This document shows positions 16,125-29,057 of a stretch of DNA of 64,000 nucleotides, in pieces. The notes below the pieces were generated by a model, which saw nothing but the letters and a program-made list of their open reading frames with translations, had not been told where the DNA came from and ran no database searches. The translations under genes were made by a program, and so were the position numbers. Each line of letters starts with the position of its first letter. Within the stretch, counting starts at the first letter, position 1. The DNA lies in contig MU626289.1 in the NCBI GenBank assembly GCA_025603075.1, positions 62,001 to 126,000 on the forward strand, given 5' to 3'. This stretch comes from Neoconidiobolus thromboides FSU 785 (lineage: Eukaryota; Fungi; Entomophthoromycota).

Positions 16125-19100
16125 ATGAGTTCTGAATTCGTACAACGAGGACGCACCTTACGAAGGGGAAAAACACTTAATCGACCTGATCGATTTGCAG
16201 CCCCTACTCCTATGTTAGGAGAAAAAGATAGAAGTCGATTTGATGGTTGGGTTATCTTTTCGCAAATAGTAACCTTTTGGGCTCCTAGTTTTATATTAAG
16301 AAGATTAGGATTCCCAACTCCTGATGTAATCCAGGCTTGGAGAGAAAAAGTGACCCTTTGTTTTATTATTATGTTGATTTGCGGCTTAGTTGTGTTTTTA
16401 ACTTTCTTTTTACCTAAAGTGTTTTGTGATGATGCTACTAGAAAACAATTAGGTTCTCAACAAAATTATAAATTATATCCTGTTCATCCACAGAGTGGAA
16501 ATGGTCCTACTTGTAAGTTCTTTTGTTGCTAACTGGTATTTTTTTATATTAATGATTGATTTAGACCCCGGTTATTATATTATTAATAAATTTATCTATA
16601 ATGCGCCTAATGCTAAATTCCCACCTGATTTTCCAACATTTGAAAGGGAAATCCAATTTCCAGATATTACTTCTTATTTTAAACCTACGGAAAATCAATT
16701 TGATGAATGTGATAAAGTTCAAAGTAAGTTGAATGGAAAGATATATAATGCGGTTAATAATTATAAGCATTGTGCAACGAATAATGGATTAACAAAAAGA
16801 TGTATGTTTAATTCCATTGACCAAGTAGCAGATGAGTTTAATTTACAAAAATATCAAGTAGATGGTCAAGACGTTATGGCTGGTTTTTCTTGGAATGATA
16901 TTTATAAAAATATTGTTGTTGTTGATGGGGCCGTTTTAGATTTTGGCGCATATTTCGAAGTTTATGATAAGGATATATATAATGATGATTTAGATATGGC
17001 CATTAGACAAGCAGTGAGATTAGCCAGTAGTGTAGATGCTACTAAAATTTTTTTTAGAGATCCAGATATTAAAAACACAATTCCTTGTTTAAAACAAAAA
17101 TTTGGTACGGGTTATTTACAAAAAGCCCAAGTGGGTTGTTTTGCTGTTGATATGTTTATGACCGTTTCTTTAATTGTTATTCTTTCAATCATCATCACTC
17201 GTTTTGCTATGGCTTTTGTATTCCATTGGTTTATTTCTTATCGATTATCCAAAAGGCCTTATAATAATTCTCGTCGTCCCTTAATTACTAATAATCAAGC
17301 ACCATGGGGTGTAAAAGGAACGCCACGTAGAATATCTGATGATCCTAATGAATTGTTTAATATTATGTTAGTTACTTGTTATTCTGAAGGCGAAGCCTCA
17401 ATGCGTACAACTATTGAATCTTTAGCTGGCACCGATTATTCAGATGATAAAAAATTATTGTTTATTGTAGCGGATGGTATCATTGTTGGCTCTGGAAATG
17501 ATAAATCTACACCAGATATTTGTTTAGATTTAATTGAGTTAGATCCTAATTTTACGGATCCTGAGCCGCAAAGCTATATTGCTGTTGCAGCAGGTCACAA
17601 ACAACATAATAGGGCTAAAGTCTATGCTGGTCATTTTAATTATAAATCTCATCGTGTACCTACTTTAGTTATTATTAAATGTGGTAATGCTGAAGAAGAT
17701 GGGAAACCAAAAGCAGGAAATAGGGGTAAAAGAGATTCTCAATTAATACTAATGAACTTTTTTTCAAGAGTAATTTATAATGAACGTATGACTCCTTTAG
17801 ATTATGATTTATTTCGAAAAATCCATCATTTAATGGGAGTCACACCTGATAACTTTGAAACAGTATTAATGGTAGATGCAGATACTAAAGTTTATCCTGA
17901 TTCATTGAAATTATTAACTTATTGTTTAATTAATGATCCATTAATTATGGGGTTATGTGGAGAAACTAAAATAGCCAATAAAAGAGATTCTTGGGTTACC
18001 GGTATTCAAGTATTTGAATATTATATATCTCATCATCTTGGTAAAGGTTTTGAATCTGTATTTGGTGGTGTAACTTGTTTACCAGGTTGCTTTTGTATGT
18101 ATCGATTAAAGGCACCTAAAGGAGATTCTGATTGGGTACCTATTATAACTAAACCTGAAATTGTACAAGAATATTCTCAAAATGTAGTAGAAACATTACA
18201 TCAAAAGAATTTATTATTATTAGGTGAAGATCGATTTTTAACTACTTTAATGTTACGTAATTTCCCAAATCGTAAAATGATGTTTGTTCCACAAGCTATT
18301 TGCAAAACTGTTGTTCCTGATGAATTTAGTGTTTTATTATCTCAACGTAGAAGATGGATTAATTCGACTATTCACAATTTATTAGAATTAGTTTTGGTTA
18401 GAAATCTATGCGGTACCTTTTGTTTTTCAATGCAATTTGTTATTTTTATGGAATTAATTGGTACTGTTGTATTACCTGTAGCAATTGTTATGACTTTTGT
18501 ATTGATAGGAACCATAGCTACATCAACAATTAATAGTTTGGCTACTTCATTACCATTAGTTATGTTATTATTAGTATTATTTTCACCAGCTTTGTTGATT
18601 TTAATTACTTCTCGTAAAATCATTTATGTTTTATGGATGTTTGTTTATCTCCTAGCTTTACCTGTATGGAACTTTATATTACCAGTTTATTCTTACTGGC
18701 ATTTTGATGATTTCTCTTGGGGGGCCACTCGTGTTGTACAAGGTGAAGGTAAAGGTGGAGATCACAGTGCTAAAGAAGGTGATTTTGATGCTAGTAAAGT
18801 ATCTTTGCGTCGATGGGAAGACTATGAACGTCGTCGTCGTCGCTCCGTTCGTCGTCGTGAAAGAGCAGCTAAGGAAGAAAAGGAAACAGAAGACGCTTAT
18901 TATAATCAAAACTCCGACGATGAATTAATGGATCGTCCAGAACCTTATTATTATTATGATGATAATGAAAGTAATAGTGGAAGATCGCATTCTCCTGATA
19001 TTGGACCTCAACAAACTAATTATCAATATGGGTCTGGGGTTGGTTCCGCTATTGGCAATTCTTATTCAAATGATTCTAATAATAATGAATTTGAACAACA

Positions 19101-19194
19101 TTCTCCAACTCATATGCCTCAACCACCTAACTATCCGGAACAACCAGATGATCATGGTCGTGATAGACCAATGGGACCAAGACCTTTTCAATAA
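16125..19194 (+). CDS. CHS3: Chitin synthase, class IV (Chs3-like, no myosin motor), about 1005 aa; exons 16125-16512 and 16565-19194
   Basis: GT2 motifs [43 protein letters not shown] and [12 protein letters not shown]; N-terminal [10 protein letters not shown] region; one phase-1 GT-AG intron (16513-16564). Confidence 0.95.
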
Positions 19195-19366
19195 GTAGAT
19201 GAAAGTATTCATTTAGATAGTTTAATATATTAGTATCTATTATTTTATAAAATATTTTGTAGTAATTTTTGTATACTTTTTAAATTTTTCATTATGAATT
19301 TTGTAAATTTAATTTAAAAAAGAAAGGTTGATATTATTTAGTTTTTAATTTTTGTTATTAGGATAT

Positions 19367-19465
19367 GGGGATGATTTTTTTGATTTCATTACTTTTTCCA
19401 CCTTTTAAGCGCTATTTAAGCGGAAAATTTGTTAGTAAAATTCTTAAACACAAAAATACATCCCC
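19367..19465 (+). mobile_element. ~99-bp MITE family, well-preserved reference copy
   Basis: ATAT-GGGGATG...TTTTAAGCGCTATTTAAGCGGAAAATTTGTTAGTAAAATTCTTAAACACAAAAATA-CATCCCC-ATAT: perfect 7-bp terminal inverted repeats and ATAT flanks, about 170 bp downstream of the chitin synthase stop. Confidence 0.9.
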
Positions 19466-19748
19466 ATATGGAATATGCTATTTATATTGTATATATTATA
19501 ATATTATGTGATATTATTTTATAATTTTTTATCTACTTTTTATTAATTTAAATTTTTAACAAATGTATTTTTGGTAATAAAACTTTAGTGAGTTAATTAA
19601 TTGGTTGGAATCCTACGGCTTCTAATATTAGTGGGATAAGTGTATTTTAAATTAAGTTTCAAAAAAAGAAAAAAAATGCTACAAATTTTTAAAACAAAAT
19701 AAATAACTTTAATAAAACATGTAACTGAATTAATTTATTTTTTTTCTT

Positions 19749-20705
19749 CTACAAATTTGATTCCTTTATATAATCATTACTTTCAATTATCGGATATTTC
19801 CTCAACTTCCATTTAATTAATAGCCAACATTCATTTTTCATTAACCAAAAATCTTTTCTAATATCCATTTTCATAATCAATTCCCTTGTATTTCTCATCA
19901 AGGGTATTCTATAATCTCTCATTTTATTTAATAAATAATTGCATTCTATAAACTGATGATTCATTAATAAAGATTGAAAACAATTATTATATATTTCAAT
20001 ATATGATATTCTATTTTTATCGTTATTTTCCTTATTATTCTCCTTACATATCCTAAACAATAAAGGTACAAATAAATTTGCTAACCTTTTAGGCTGTTTT
20101 AATAATATATAATTACTTAACTCATTAATTTGTATTTCATTAAATATATATTTTCTTTCTAACATTAAATTAAGTAATATTATCAATTGTTTCGGATGTC
20201 TCAATACTTTATTACCATCAATACTTCTAACCCATAAATTATATAATGTTGTTAGTTGTAAGTCCGAAATATGCTGATATAACCCTTCTTGTATTATTAA
20301 TTCTAATAATTGAATTTGTTGAAAATAAGTAGTGTCTTTTAATTTCTTAGTAAATAATATTAACAATTGAACTTGTTGTTTAGTTAATTGGGAAGTACAA
20401 CTATACGCCATTAGTTCTTTTGTTATCCTTTGAGTTATTATTGTCCTATGCTCTATTATTATTCTTTTGTCTAAATTTAATTCTTGATGTAACCGTATTC
20501 CTTTTTCTGTATTCTGTGTTAAGACATCTTTCGCTATGTGATTATCTTTTGACACTGAGATGGTAGTATGTTTCCTTGTAATAATATTGAATTTGAAATA
20601 AACCTTTGGAAAGTAAGTCGTTGAGTCAAAAGAATGATTATAAATCAAGCTCCTTATATTTAAAGAGAGTGAATGGTTTGCGATGGATTTAACTATTATG
20701 TTCAT
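19749..20705 (-). CDS. Putative mitochondrial helical-repeat (PPR-like) protein, 318 aa
   Basis: Intronless ORF; basic Ser-rich N-terminus; C-terminal PPR-like motif EIYNNCFQSLLMNHQFIECNYLLNKMRDYRIPLMRNTRELIM. Confidence 0.6.
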   Translation of the reverse strand: MNIIVKSIANHSLSLNIRSLIYNHSFDSTTYFPKVYFKFNIITRKHTTISVSKDNHIAKDVLTQNTEKGIRLHQELNLDKRIIIEHRTIITQRITKELMAYSCTSQLTKQQVQLLILFTKKLKDTTYFQQIQLLELIIQEGLYQHISDLQLTTLYNLWVRSIDGNKVLRHPKQLIILLNLMLERKYIFNEIQINELSNYILLKQPKRLANLFVPLLFRICKENNKENNDKNRISYIEIYNNCFQSLLMNHQFIECNYLLNKMRDYRIPLMRNTRELIMKMDIRKDFWLMKNECWLLIKWKLRKYPIIESNDYIKESNL

Positions 20706-21044
20706 GAAACATTACTTAAGCTTTTGGTTCCCACTTCCCTTTTGCTAATTTTTTAAAAAAAATTGCAAATTAAAAAGAGCCAATAATAGCCAACTTGTTT
20801 TTTTTCTATAAATTTTTCTTTAAATAAGTTTTGAATTACGAATCAAATGAAACTTTGACCTGTCATAATCAATTTAGCCAAAATTCAAATTATAAAATCA
20901 AAAATCAAAAAACTTGAATCTTATTTTTTATTTTTCTTATTATTTTAATAACATTTGATATTTTATAACTTGTCATAAATTTAACACAATAACACCCTTA
21001 AACCTACAATTGATCAAGCTTGTCCTCTCATTAAAAATCAAAGA

Positions 21045-22860
21045 ATGAAATTTGCCTTAAATCTTCTCAAAACCCAACTTACCACTCGTCATTATAGTAC
21101 AAATACTTTAACCATTCATCAACTCAAAGAAGCATATCAAAAGATAAAATCCCAACATTTTCAGCCCAAAACGAATTTGCCCCATAAAAACTTTCTAATT
21201 ACACCCACGGAACTCAATCCCAATGGAGTGTTTTGTCACAATGAAGTAAATTTAGATTTTATACAAACTTATGGGTTTGATTATGATTATACATTAGCTA
21301 ATTATACTCAAGAATTACCTAAAAAAATATTCACAATGTTAAGAGATATGTTAGTTCTTAGAATGGGTTATCCAAAGGCATTGTTAGAATTCAATTACGA
21401 TCCTAGTTTTGCTGTACGTGGTTTACATTATGATGTTAAAACAGGGTATTTAATGAAAGTAGATGCTTATCATAATATTCAGCTTAATACGGTTTATTTT
21501 GGTAAACAACCTATAAAAGATATTAACACTATTATTGAATTACATAATGGTACTCATATTTCACCAAAATATATGTTGGAAAATTTAACTCAATTAAACG
21601 ATATGTTTTCATTACCAGAGATTTGTTTATTGGCTGATATTATTGATTATTTTAATGAAAAACAAATTCAATTTCATCCAAGACATTTATATGACGATGT
21701 AAGAGCAATGGGAGAAGCCATTCATTCCTCAGCCTATAATCATCCATTTGGAGTCGGATTATTACATTTAGAAATCTTGAAACAAGTCCCTAAATATTTA
21801 GAGCCATCAAATAAGCTAGTAAATTATTTACAAAATTTGAGAAAAGGTAAGAAAGAATTGTTTTTATTAACGAACTCAGGTTATTTATTCGTGTAGGTTT
21901 TTTATATATTTTATATTTCATATTATAATTGTTAATAAATCATTAATATAGAAATAAAGGCATGGAATATTTAACATCAAGTAAAGATTGGAGGGATTTA
22001 TTTGATGTTGTAGTAGTTAGTAGTAAAAAGCCAAGTTTTTATACCTCTCATAGGCCTTTTAGAAGAGTAAAAACAAATGGAGATCGAGCTAACCAAGTAA
22101 TTTATTTTGCCTTGTTTTTTTGTTTCTATTTTTAATATCATTTTCTATTTCATTTTGTTCATTTAGACTCTAGAAAACAGCATTGAATTGGATATGGAAG
22201 CTGTTTCTAAATTTCAACGAGGTCAAGTATATCAAGGTGGTAATTTAAAAGAGTTTTCTAAATTAACTGGTTGGCGTGGACAGAAAGTGATGTATATAGG
22301 GGATCATATTTACTCGGATTTAGTTGACCCTACCCTTCAACAAGGCTGGCGTACTGGAGCAATTATTGACGAATTGGAAACTGAAATGGAATATGCAGCT
22401 ACACCACAAGCTAGATCCAGATTATCTTATTTATTACATTTAGAGCAATTATTATTATTAGCTAGTAATAACGGAGATCAAAGTAAGGAATTGGGAGATT
22501 TAGTACAACAATGGAGATTAGAAAGGAAGCAATATAGAAATACTTTGAAGCAAGTGTATAATTTACAATTTGGTAGTTTATTTCGAACTCATCATAATCC
22601 AACCTATTTTGCAAAAAAAGTTCGAACATTTGCAGATTTGTAAGTAATTTATTTCACCATATACTATTGTCTATTGTATTTTTATTTTTGACCTTATTTA
22701 TATTGTTGTATTATCGTTAATAATCTTTTCTTTTTTATTTAGATATACTTCCAAGCTAGAAAATTTAAATGATTATCCACTGAATTATACTTTTTATCCA
22801 CAACGTGATCAATTACCTCATGAATTACCTAATTTTATTAATCAAGAATTGTATTTTTGA
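21045..22860 (+). CDS. NT5DC: 5'-nucleotidase domain-containing HAD hydrolase (NT5DC family), likely mitochondrial
   Basis: HAD motif I YGFDYDYTL, FAVRGLHYD, FLLTNSGY, DLFDVVVVSSKKPSF, VYQGGN, motif IV YIGDHIYSDL, GWRTGAIIDELE, FGSLFRT; last exon ends ...LPHELPNFINQELYF* at 22860. Confidence 0.92.
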
Positions 22861-23129
22861 AATGTGTTTCAATTAATGTCTTCTCATAATCTAATTGAAA
22901 TTAAAATGTTATTTCTACTAATCAAGAATAAATATTCTAATTCTTAGTATTAATGATATGTTTGATTGATTTTAATTGGTGTATTTGTCTTTTGTATATA
23001 ATAGTAAAAGCCATCAAACCATTTGAATAGCCTATATAATAAGCTTCTAAGTAACAAACAATAAAAGATAATAGTACAAATGAAATAAATTTAAATTTAA
23101 ACAAACTATTAGCTATAGCTTTAGGGCAT

Positions 23130-23670
23130 TTAATTTCCCACATGTTTATTAGGTTGAAAAACTCTAGTATTATTATTTCTCATATTCATATCCTGATTTT
23201 TAGGCAGGGTATTACGTTCCAAATCCTTTTGTTTTTGACCTTGTTCAGCTCTCTTTAATTTTTCTTCTTTTAATTTTTCTTCTTTAGCATTTTCAATCTG
23301 CTCTTCTTGGTCATGTGAAAAATCTTCATTATTAGTGAGCGCTTGTTTTTCAGCGCGTGATAAATTACCAGGAAGTGGATCACTAGTTAATTGAAAATCG
23401 ATTAGTCTCTTGACAAAAAGAAGAGGTAGTTAAAACTGAAATTGAAACTTATGATTATATATTATATATAACAAACTACTTACACTTTGACACTCACATG
23501 GGGATTAGCTTGAGGTACTCGCATACCACCTACTTTAACTAAAAAGGTGGTTGTTATTAAGTCATTATATACTATTTATTAAAATTGAATTTACCAGCAG
23601 GAGCATGACCAGCCTTTAAGGCTTGAGGGGAAGTTTCGTTAGTAACATTAGTTTTTTCAGTAGTTGGCAT
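23130..23670 (-). CDS. DAP1: Death-associated protein 1 (DAP1)-like protein, about 135 aa, 3 exons; not in the ORF track
   Basis: Exon 1 (23595-23670) MPTTEKTNVTNETSPQALKAGHAPA and exon 2 VKVGGMRVPQANPH match the DAP N-terminal signature (human KAGHPPAVKAGGMRIVQ, from memory). Exon 3 ends NTRVFQPNKHVGN*, like the DAP C-terminal IQQP motif. The second intron has two possible donor/acceptor pairs. Confidence 0.85.
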
Positions 23671-24970
23671 GGTTTCTTTCTTTTTTATAATTTACAATAT
23701 TTTTATAATTTTAATGTTGAAGGTTGGAAGAGGTTTTTATACTTTTAGTTATTGGAAATAAAGTCAAATAAACGTCATCTAAAACCTAAGTGTTATTCTG
23801 CTTGATTTAAGTCGCAGTCATTTATTGAACTTAGAACTTGAGATAAGTTTATTTATGGTTCAATAAACTCTTTTTGTTAGTACGAATATTACCATATGAT
23901 AACAAAAGAAATATCAACCTAATATTTAGCTGGAATAATATTTTTATTAGAATATAAAATCCACTTTTATGATAATAATAAGAAAATAGTTGGCTTAAAT
24001 TTCTATAGAATCCAATGTTTTAAAAAAGAATAGTCAAGTTTCATAATTTTTAAAACTAACAAATGACTTTAAGATTTGGGCAATTATATTTATTGAAGTC
24101 ATGCTCTATTATTCTTAATCCTTCTATTAAGAAAGTTTGAGATTAATCTCTAAAAGATACTTCTATTGATTTAAATAGTTATCAAAATAATATCATTATT
24201 ATACTAAATTTCCCTTCTTATTTTTAAACTGTAGAAATTATTAGTCTACTTTATTATTGTTAAATACCGCAGCATACCAAATGGAAAAGTGAGTCAGTTT
24301 ACCTTATGATTGAAAATAGACTAATGAAGTTTGCCCAATGGTTGCGAATTTGAAAACTTGGCTTTATTTATTTCAACGGGCAATTATTTTTCCTATTATT
24401 TCAGACTATTATATTAATTAGCTTTAATAAAATTGTAGATTTCATTAAAAGATAGTAAATTTATGTTCACTATTTATTATCCATTTGTACTTATTATTCT
24501 CATTGAAGAACATCAATTTCCTTTAACTGTTACGGACTGTTTTTTTATTGTGATATTTTTTGTTCACTTTTTATGACTTAAAATGTTGATAAACTCTTAG
24601 TTCATTTTCTATATAAAAAACATGCCCCCTACCTAGTGTTTAGGCTGAAACGGATCTATTTTTAGACATGAAAGTTTGATTAAATTAATCTATACTTTCT
24701 GATTTTAATCATTTAAATAATTATTTAATCAGTTTATAATCATTTATAGATTATAAATAAATATCTTCAAAATTTTATTTTTATTTAAAATTTATGTATC
24801 TTTGTATAAATACAATTAAAATGAAAAAGTAGACTTAAATTGTATAATGAACATATACAAGTATCTAATAATATAAATTACATTAGAATAGAAACTCAAA
24901 GAAGAATACAATACAACCCTTTTACGAATTAAAGCTATTAAAAATTAATTTATTTTCATTTTGATCTTAT

Positions 24971-25695
24971 CTATTCTTCATATAAATCTGCCATGTCTTC
25001 ATGAAGCTCAAACATAGCTTCAGATATTTCTTTTCTTAGCTCTTCCACTCTAAAATTAAATATAACAATATTAAACAAAAAAAACAATCAAGATTTAATA
25101 ATCCGCTTACTTTGCATTTAACCTTGTTTTATCTTCAGAATAATCTCTATCTTCAGTAGCGTCTAAAACAGTAGCGGTTTGCAATTGAGCTGTCTATTGA
25201 TTAATTATATCAATTTATTTAATAATAATAATAATCAAGCATATAAATTAGACTCACTGTTTCTAACAGTAACTTTTCCAATTTCAAAATATTTTCTAGT
25301 TTATCCCCTAAGTCTGGTCGTTTGTAACTAGCTTCATCCTTCAAGTTATTGATCAAAGCTAAACAATGATGAGTGAATTTTTTTTGTTCTTCTTTAAGTA
25401 CTTCATTTTTTGATCTATATTCTTCAACCGAGATTTTGTTTTCAGTGTACGATTTAAAATAACTATATGTATTAAGTATTATTACTCTTTTTTCCTTTAC
25501 TTACTATTGAATTTTAACTTACTTATCTAATGATTTAAACCACCCAACACGTAACCCTTGAAGTTCAGTAAATGTTAATAATATCTCTAATACTGATATA
25601 TCTTTTGGATCAAATTTTATAGCCCCTCCTTCTTTACTTGGCTGTAATATAGTTATCTCTTCAACTGTTTCAATTTCTTTGATTTCGTCAGACAT
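24971..25695 (-). CDS. REX1-B (required for excision 1-B / C19orf60) domain protein, about 180 aa, 4 exons; not in the ORF track
   Basis: Spliced product ...ILLTFTELQGLRVGWFKSLDNYFKSY...KRPDLGDKLENILKLEKLLLETTAQLQ...KVEELRKEISEAMFELHEDMADLYEE*. The LQ..RV...F and RPDL...L..I...EK..L..T..LQ pattern is the REX1B signature as I recall it. Three phase-consistent GT-AG introns. Confidence 0.75.
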
Positions 25696-25915
25696 TTAGA
25701 GAAAGTGATTAAGAAAGTTTTGGATTTGAGTTTAATAAATCAAATTTTACATTTAAAAATGAGCAGTAATATTACTATTTTTATTAAATTTGTTATACAA
25801 AAATTAAATCATATATTAATAAGAAAACAATAAAATGAAAATGATGTATTATAATTTTAATTTAAAGAATTCTATCAATAAAATCTATAAAAGAGGAAAA
25901 GCAAATGCTAACAGC

Positions 25916-28235
25916 TTATAACTCTTGATCCTTTTTTAAAGTAATAAAAGCCTTATATTCCTGTTCCAAAGCGAAATAAAGCTCTTTAGAAAGGGTCTGT
26001 TTAGCTTTTAAAAGAAGAGTGGAAGCATGATGAGAGGGAGCAGCATGATTCAAAAATGCTAAATAATCCAACCAAAGCTCAATATCATTTGAGTCTAATC
26101 GTAATAATTTTTCATAAAGTATCTTTATCTTATCAAATTTACTATTGGCTACTTGTAGTATTCTTTTATCAAATAAACTCTTGAAACTTTGATACATCTC
26201 TTCACTCTTTGGTTCTGATTTATCTCCATGAATATTTTGTTCATAGTCTTTTAATTCGAGTTGAATCCACTCTTTATAAAAAACTACACTTAATGGAACC
26301 TTTTTAGAAATCCTATTACATGTTTTTTAGCAAATAAATAAACAAACTAGTTTTATATTCAATTTACCTCTCTGCTAATTCTCTAACATAGTTTATTCCT
26401 TTTATGTCAAATGCCCATTTCAACATATTACTGTGAATGAATTCTCGACATGATCTACGTTCTTCAGCTTCCACTTCATTATTTGAATGGACAGACTCTA
26501 TTTTATATAATGAATTCTATTACAATCATTAACATATTTAAATATCCATTTATATTTATCTTACCAAAAAGATTAATTCTTGTTTATTAAAATCTGGTTT
26601 AATATCTCCTTCATATTTATCAGACGTATTATTTTCAATTGACTTAAGTGTAACATTTATATACTTTTCCCATAAATTATTGGATATTGGGTTGTAAATT
26701 ATAGCCTCCGATAAGATAGCATTTATTTTATTAAGATCTAATACTATTAACAAAATTTAATAAATAAATAAAAGGGTTACCTTTCTCTGAAATAGTTTGT
26801 AATTTAACTAACCAAAATTCAACAATGTTAGGGTATTTCTTACATGCCTCGGTAGCTACTTGGGATACTAAAAAATAAAGAGTTAAATTGATGATTATGT
26901 ATTTACAATTTACTTACAAAGCCTATCACTTTTAATACAATCTTGAATAAAATTTAGATATACAAAGTAGAACTCTTTTGTCAACAAATAACTATCGTTT
27001 TGAGATTGAGATAACCCCTCCTTTAATACTTTTTTTAATTTGAGGCTAAAAAAGGTTTTCTAAAAAAAGTTAGCTTATTTTTGTAGATTATAATATTAGT
27101 TTTACCAAATTAGCTTCCTTGATACTTTGATAATAATTAAATAAAAATCCGACAAATAATGAAAGCAACAATGGGCTGCTTTTAGCACTTAATGCTTGTT
27201 CATATTTTTCAATACATGCTGAAAGTTTATCGACAAATTCAGCAGAGTTTTCATTTAAATGAAGCATATCTCTTTTGAAAATGAGATCCTTAGCTCTATC
27301 ATCATCCGCAAAATCAGCTAGAATGGAATTATAGATATAACTATGTAATTCTACAATTGGACTAAAACTGTCTAAAATATCTAAAAATCTAGCACGTAAC
27401 TCGAAATCAGTTGGAAATTTTTGTACTGTATTATTATAAATAATTTTTGGAATAGCACCTTGAAGTAATGGATCCTCCTCTTGTAAAGAAGCATTAATTT
27501 TCCCCTCCATTTCTAACCCTTCTTCTTGATTTTCTTGATCTAAATTATCGATCTCAATAGAATGACCTTCAGCTTTATCCTTTAATAAAATTTCCTTTCT
27601 TAACTTTAATTTTTCAATGAACTTTAACTCCAATCGAAAAAACTCTAAATACAATATTTTGTTATTTAGATTTAACCTAACTCCTCTTTGCATTAGTACA
27701 CGTGCTGCTTCCATATTTAAGTTTTTTGAAAACTCAAAATTGGCTGCTTGAATCCATAGGATCTCTGCACCTGGTAATAACTTAATTGCTTTACCATAAG
27801 CTTTCGATACTACTTTACTAGAATTCTGGGATTCTGCAAAATCAATATATTGTAACCATAATTTCAAATCCCCTTTAAATTTCAATAATCCTCTTTCAAA
27901 TAAATTGTAAATTCTTCGTACTCCAGCATAATCACTTAAAGTAGTTTTTTTATCTATAAAAAATAAAATTAATAAAATTAATAAAGTATTATTATAAACT
28001 TACTTTTGCTAAAACGAGATTTTCTTTTTACACGAAGTTTTTCTAAGTTCATTTCATACTCTATATATCGAATATAATCAGCTTTTTTAGCTATCCTTCT
28101 AGATACAGAATATTCTAAACTAGTTCTCTTTTTTACAATTTGAGCAATCTCTTTTTCATTAAATAAACTTTTGGATTTAAGATCTTCTAATTCTGGAAGC
28201 ATAGCTTCCAATCTCTCTTGTACTTTTTCGGCCAT
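25916..28235 (-). CDS. UTP6: U3 snoRNA-associated protein 6 (HAT repeats, SSU processome)
   Basis: MAEKVQERLEAMLPELEDL...IVKKRTSLEY...DYIRYIEYEMNLEKLRVKR, then KFKGDLKLWLQY, LWIQAANFEF...NMEAARVLMQRGVRLN...LYLEFFRLEL. Confidence 0.93.
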
Positions 28236-28648
28236 CTTGTTTGTTGAACTTTTAAAAAAGATTGTTTAATAAAAGCTCTCTTTTTCATTTAATTTTCGAA
28301 TTGATATAAATTAACCAATCATAATTCCATTTTTTTTTACTCAAAATTTGGAATTGATATAGTGTATATCTGTTATAAGTGATGGTATTAGTATTTAAGA
28401 AGATTGCCTAAGTTACAATAATCTTTAATGTTAATGAAAAAAGCAGTATGATATCCTCCAAATCTCATATATGCTCCCATCTAATTAAAGATGATGAGTA
28501 ATAATAAAATTAAAGTTGAGTTACACAGAATTACTTCTTAGATATTTGTGCACTTCTCAAGCTTAAAATGAAAAAAGATATTAGTTAAATGTCTAAAAAG
28601 CATATCCATATGTTACATATTAAATAGAATCAAGCTCCAGTTAATAAT

Positions 28649-28743
28649 GAGGCTTTATTTTTGTGTTTAAGAATTTTACTAACAATCTTTCTACTTAAAT
28701 AGCGCTCAAAAAATAGAAATAATGAAATCAAAAAAACATCGCC
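28649..28743 (-). mobile_element. ~99-bp MITE family copy
   Basis: GAGGCTTTATTTTTGTGTTTAAGAATTTTACTAACAATC...AAATAGCGCTCAAAAAATAGAAATAATGAAATCAAAAAAACATCGCC, with AAT on both sides. Confidence 0.85.
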
Positions 28744-28958
28744 AATAATAGCCAAAGCTTAATAAACTAATAATCAAGACTCAAGTTTAATTTTATCACT
28801 AGTAAAAACTTAAACATAGAAAATCAATGATTTATTTTTTAACAATATAATAATAGAAAGATCATTTATATACTATACAATTGAAATAATAAACATCAAG
28901 TTAAAGTTAAAGTTACTTATAACCTAACTCATTTATTGAATTTAATTGTGATATTAAT

Positions 28959-29057
28959 GGGAGTGTTTTTTTTGACTTCATTATTTTTTCCATTTTTTAA
29001 GCGCTATTTAAGCGGAAAATTTGTTAATAAAATTCTTAAACGCAAAAATACATCCCC
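28959..29057 (+). mobile_element. ~99-bp MITE family, well-preserved copy
   Basis: GGGAGTG...AAGCGCTATTTAAGCGGAAAATTTGTTAATAAAATTCTTAAACGCAAAAATACATCCCC, with AAT on both sides; the empty site is visible in host copy A. Confidence 0.9.

Noticed and set aside
23900-24420. Stop-riddled coding-like frame on the minus strand between the DAP1-like and REX1B-like genes
   Set aside because: No recognisable motif; stop density is not distinguishable from AT-rich background by eye.
25696-25915. Possible TFB5/REX1-S uORF upstream of REX1B, as in green algae
   Set aside because: The 220-bp spacer has no suitable ORF or TFB5 motifs.
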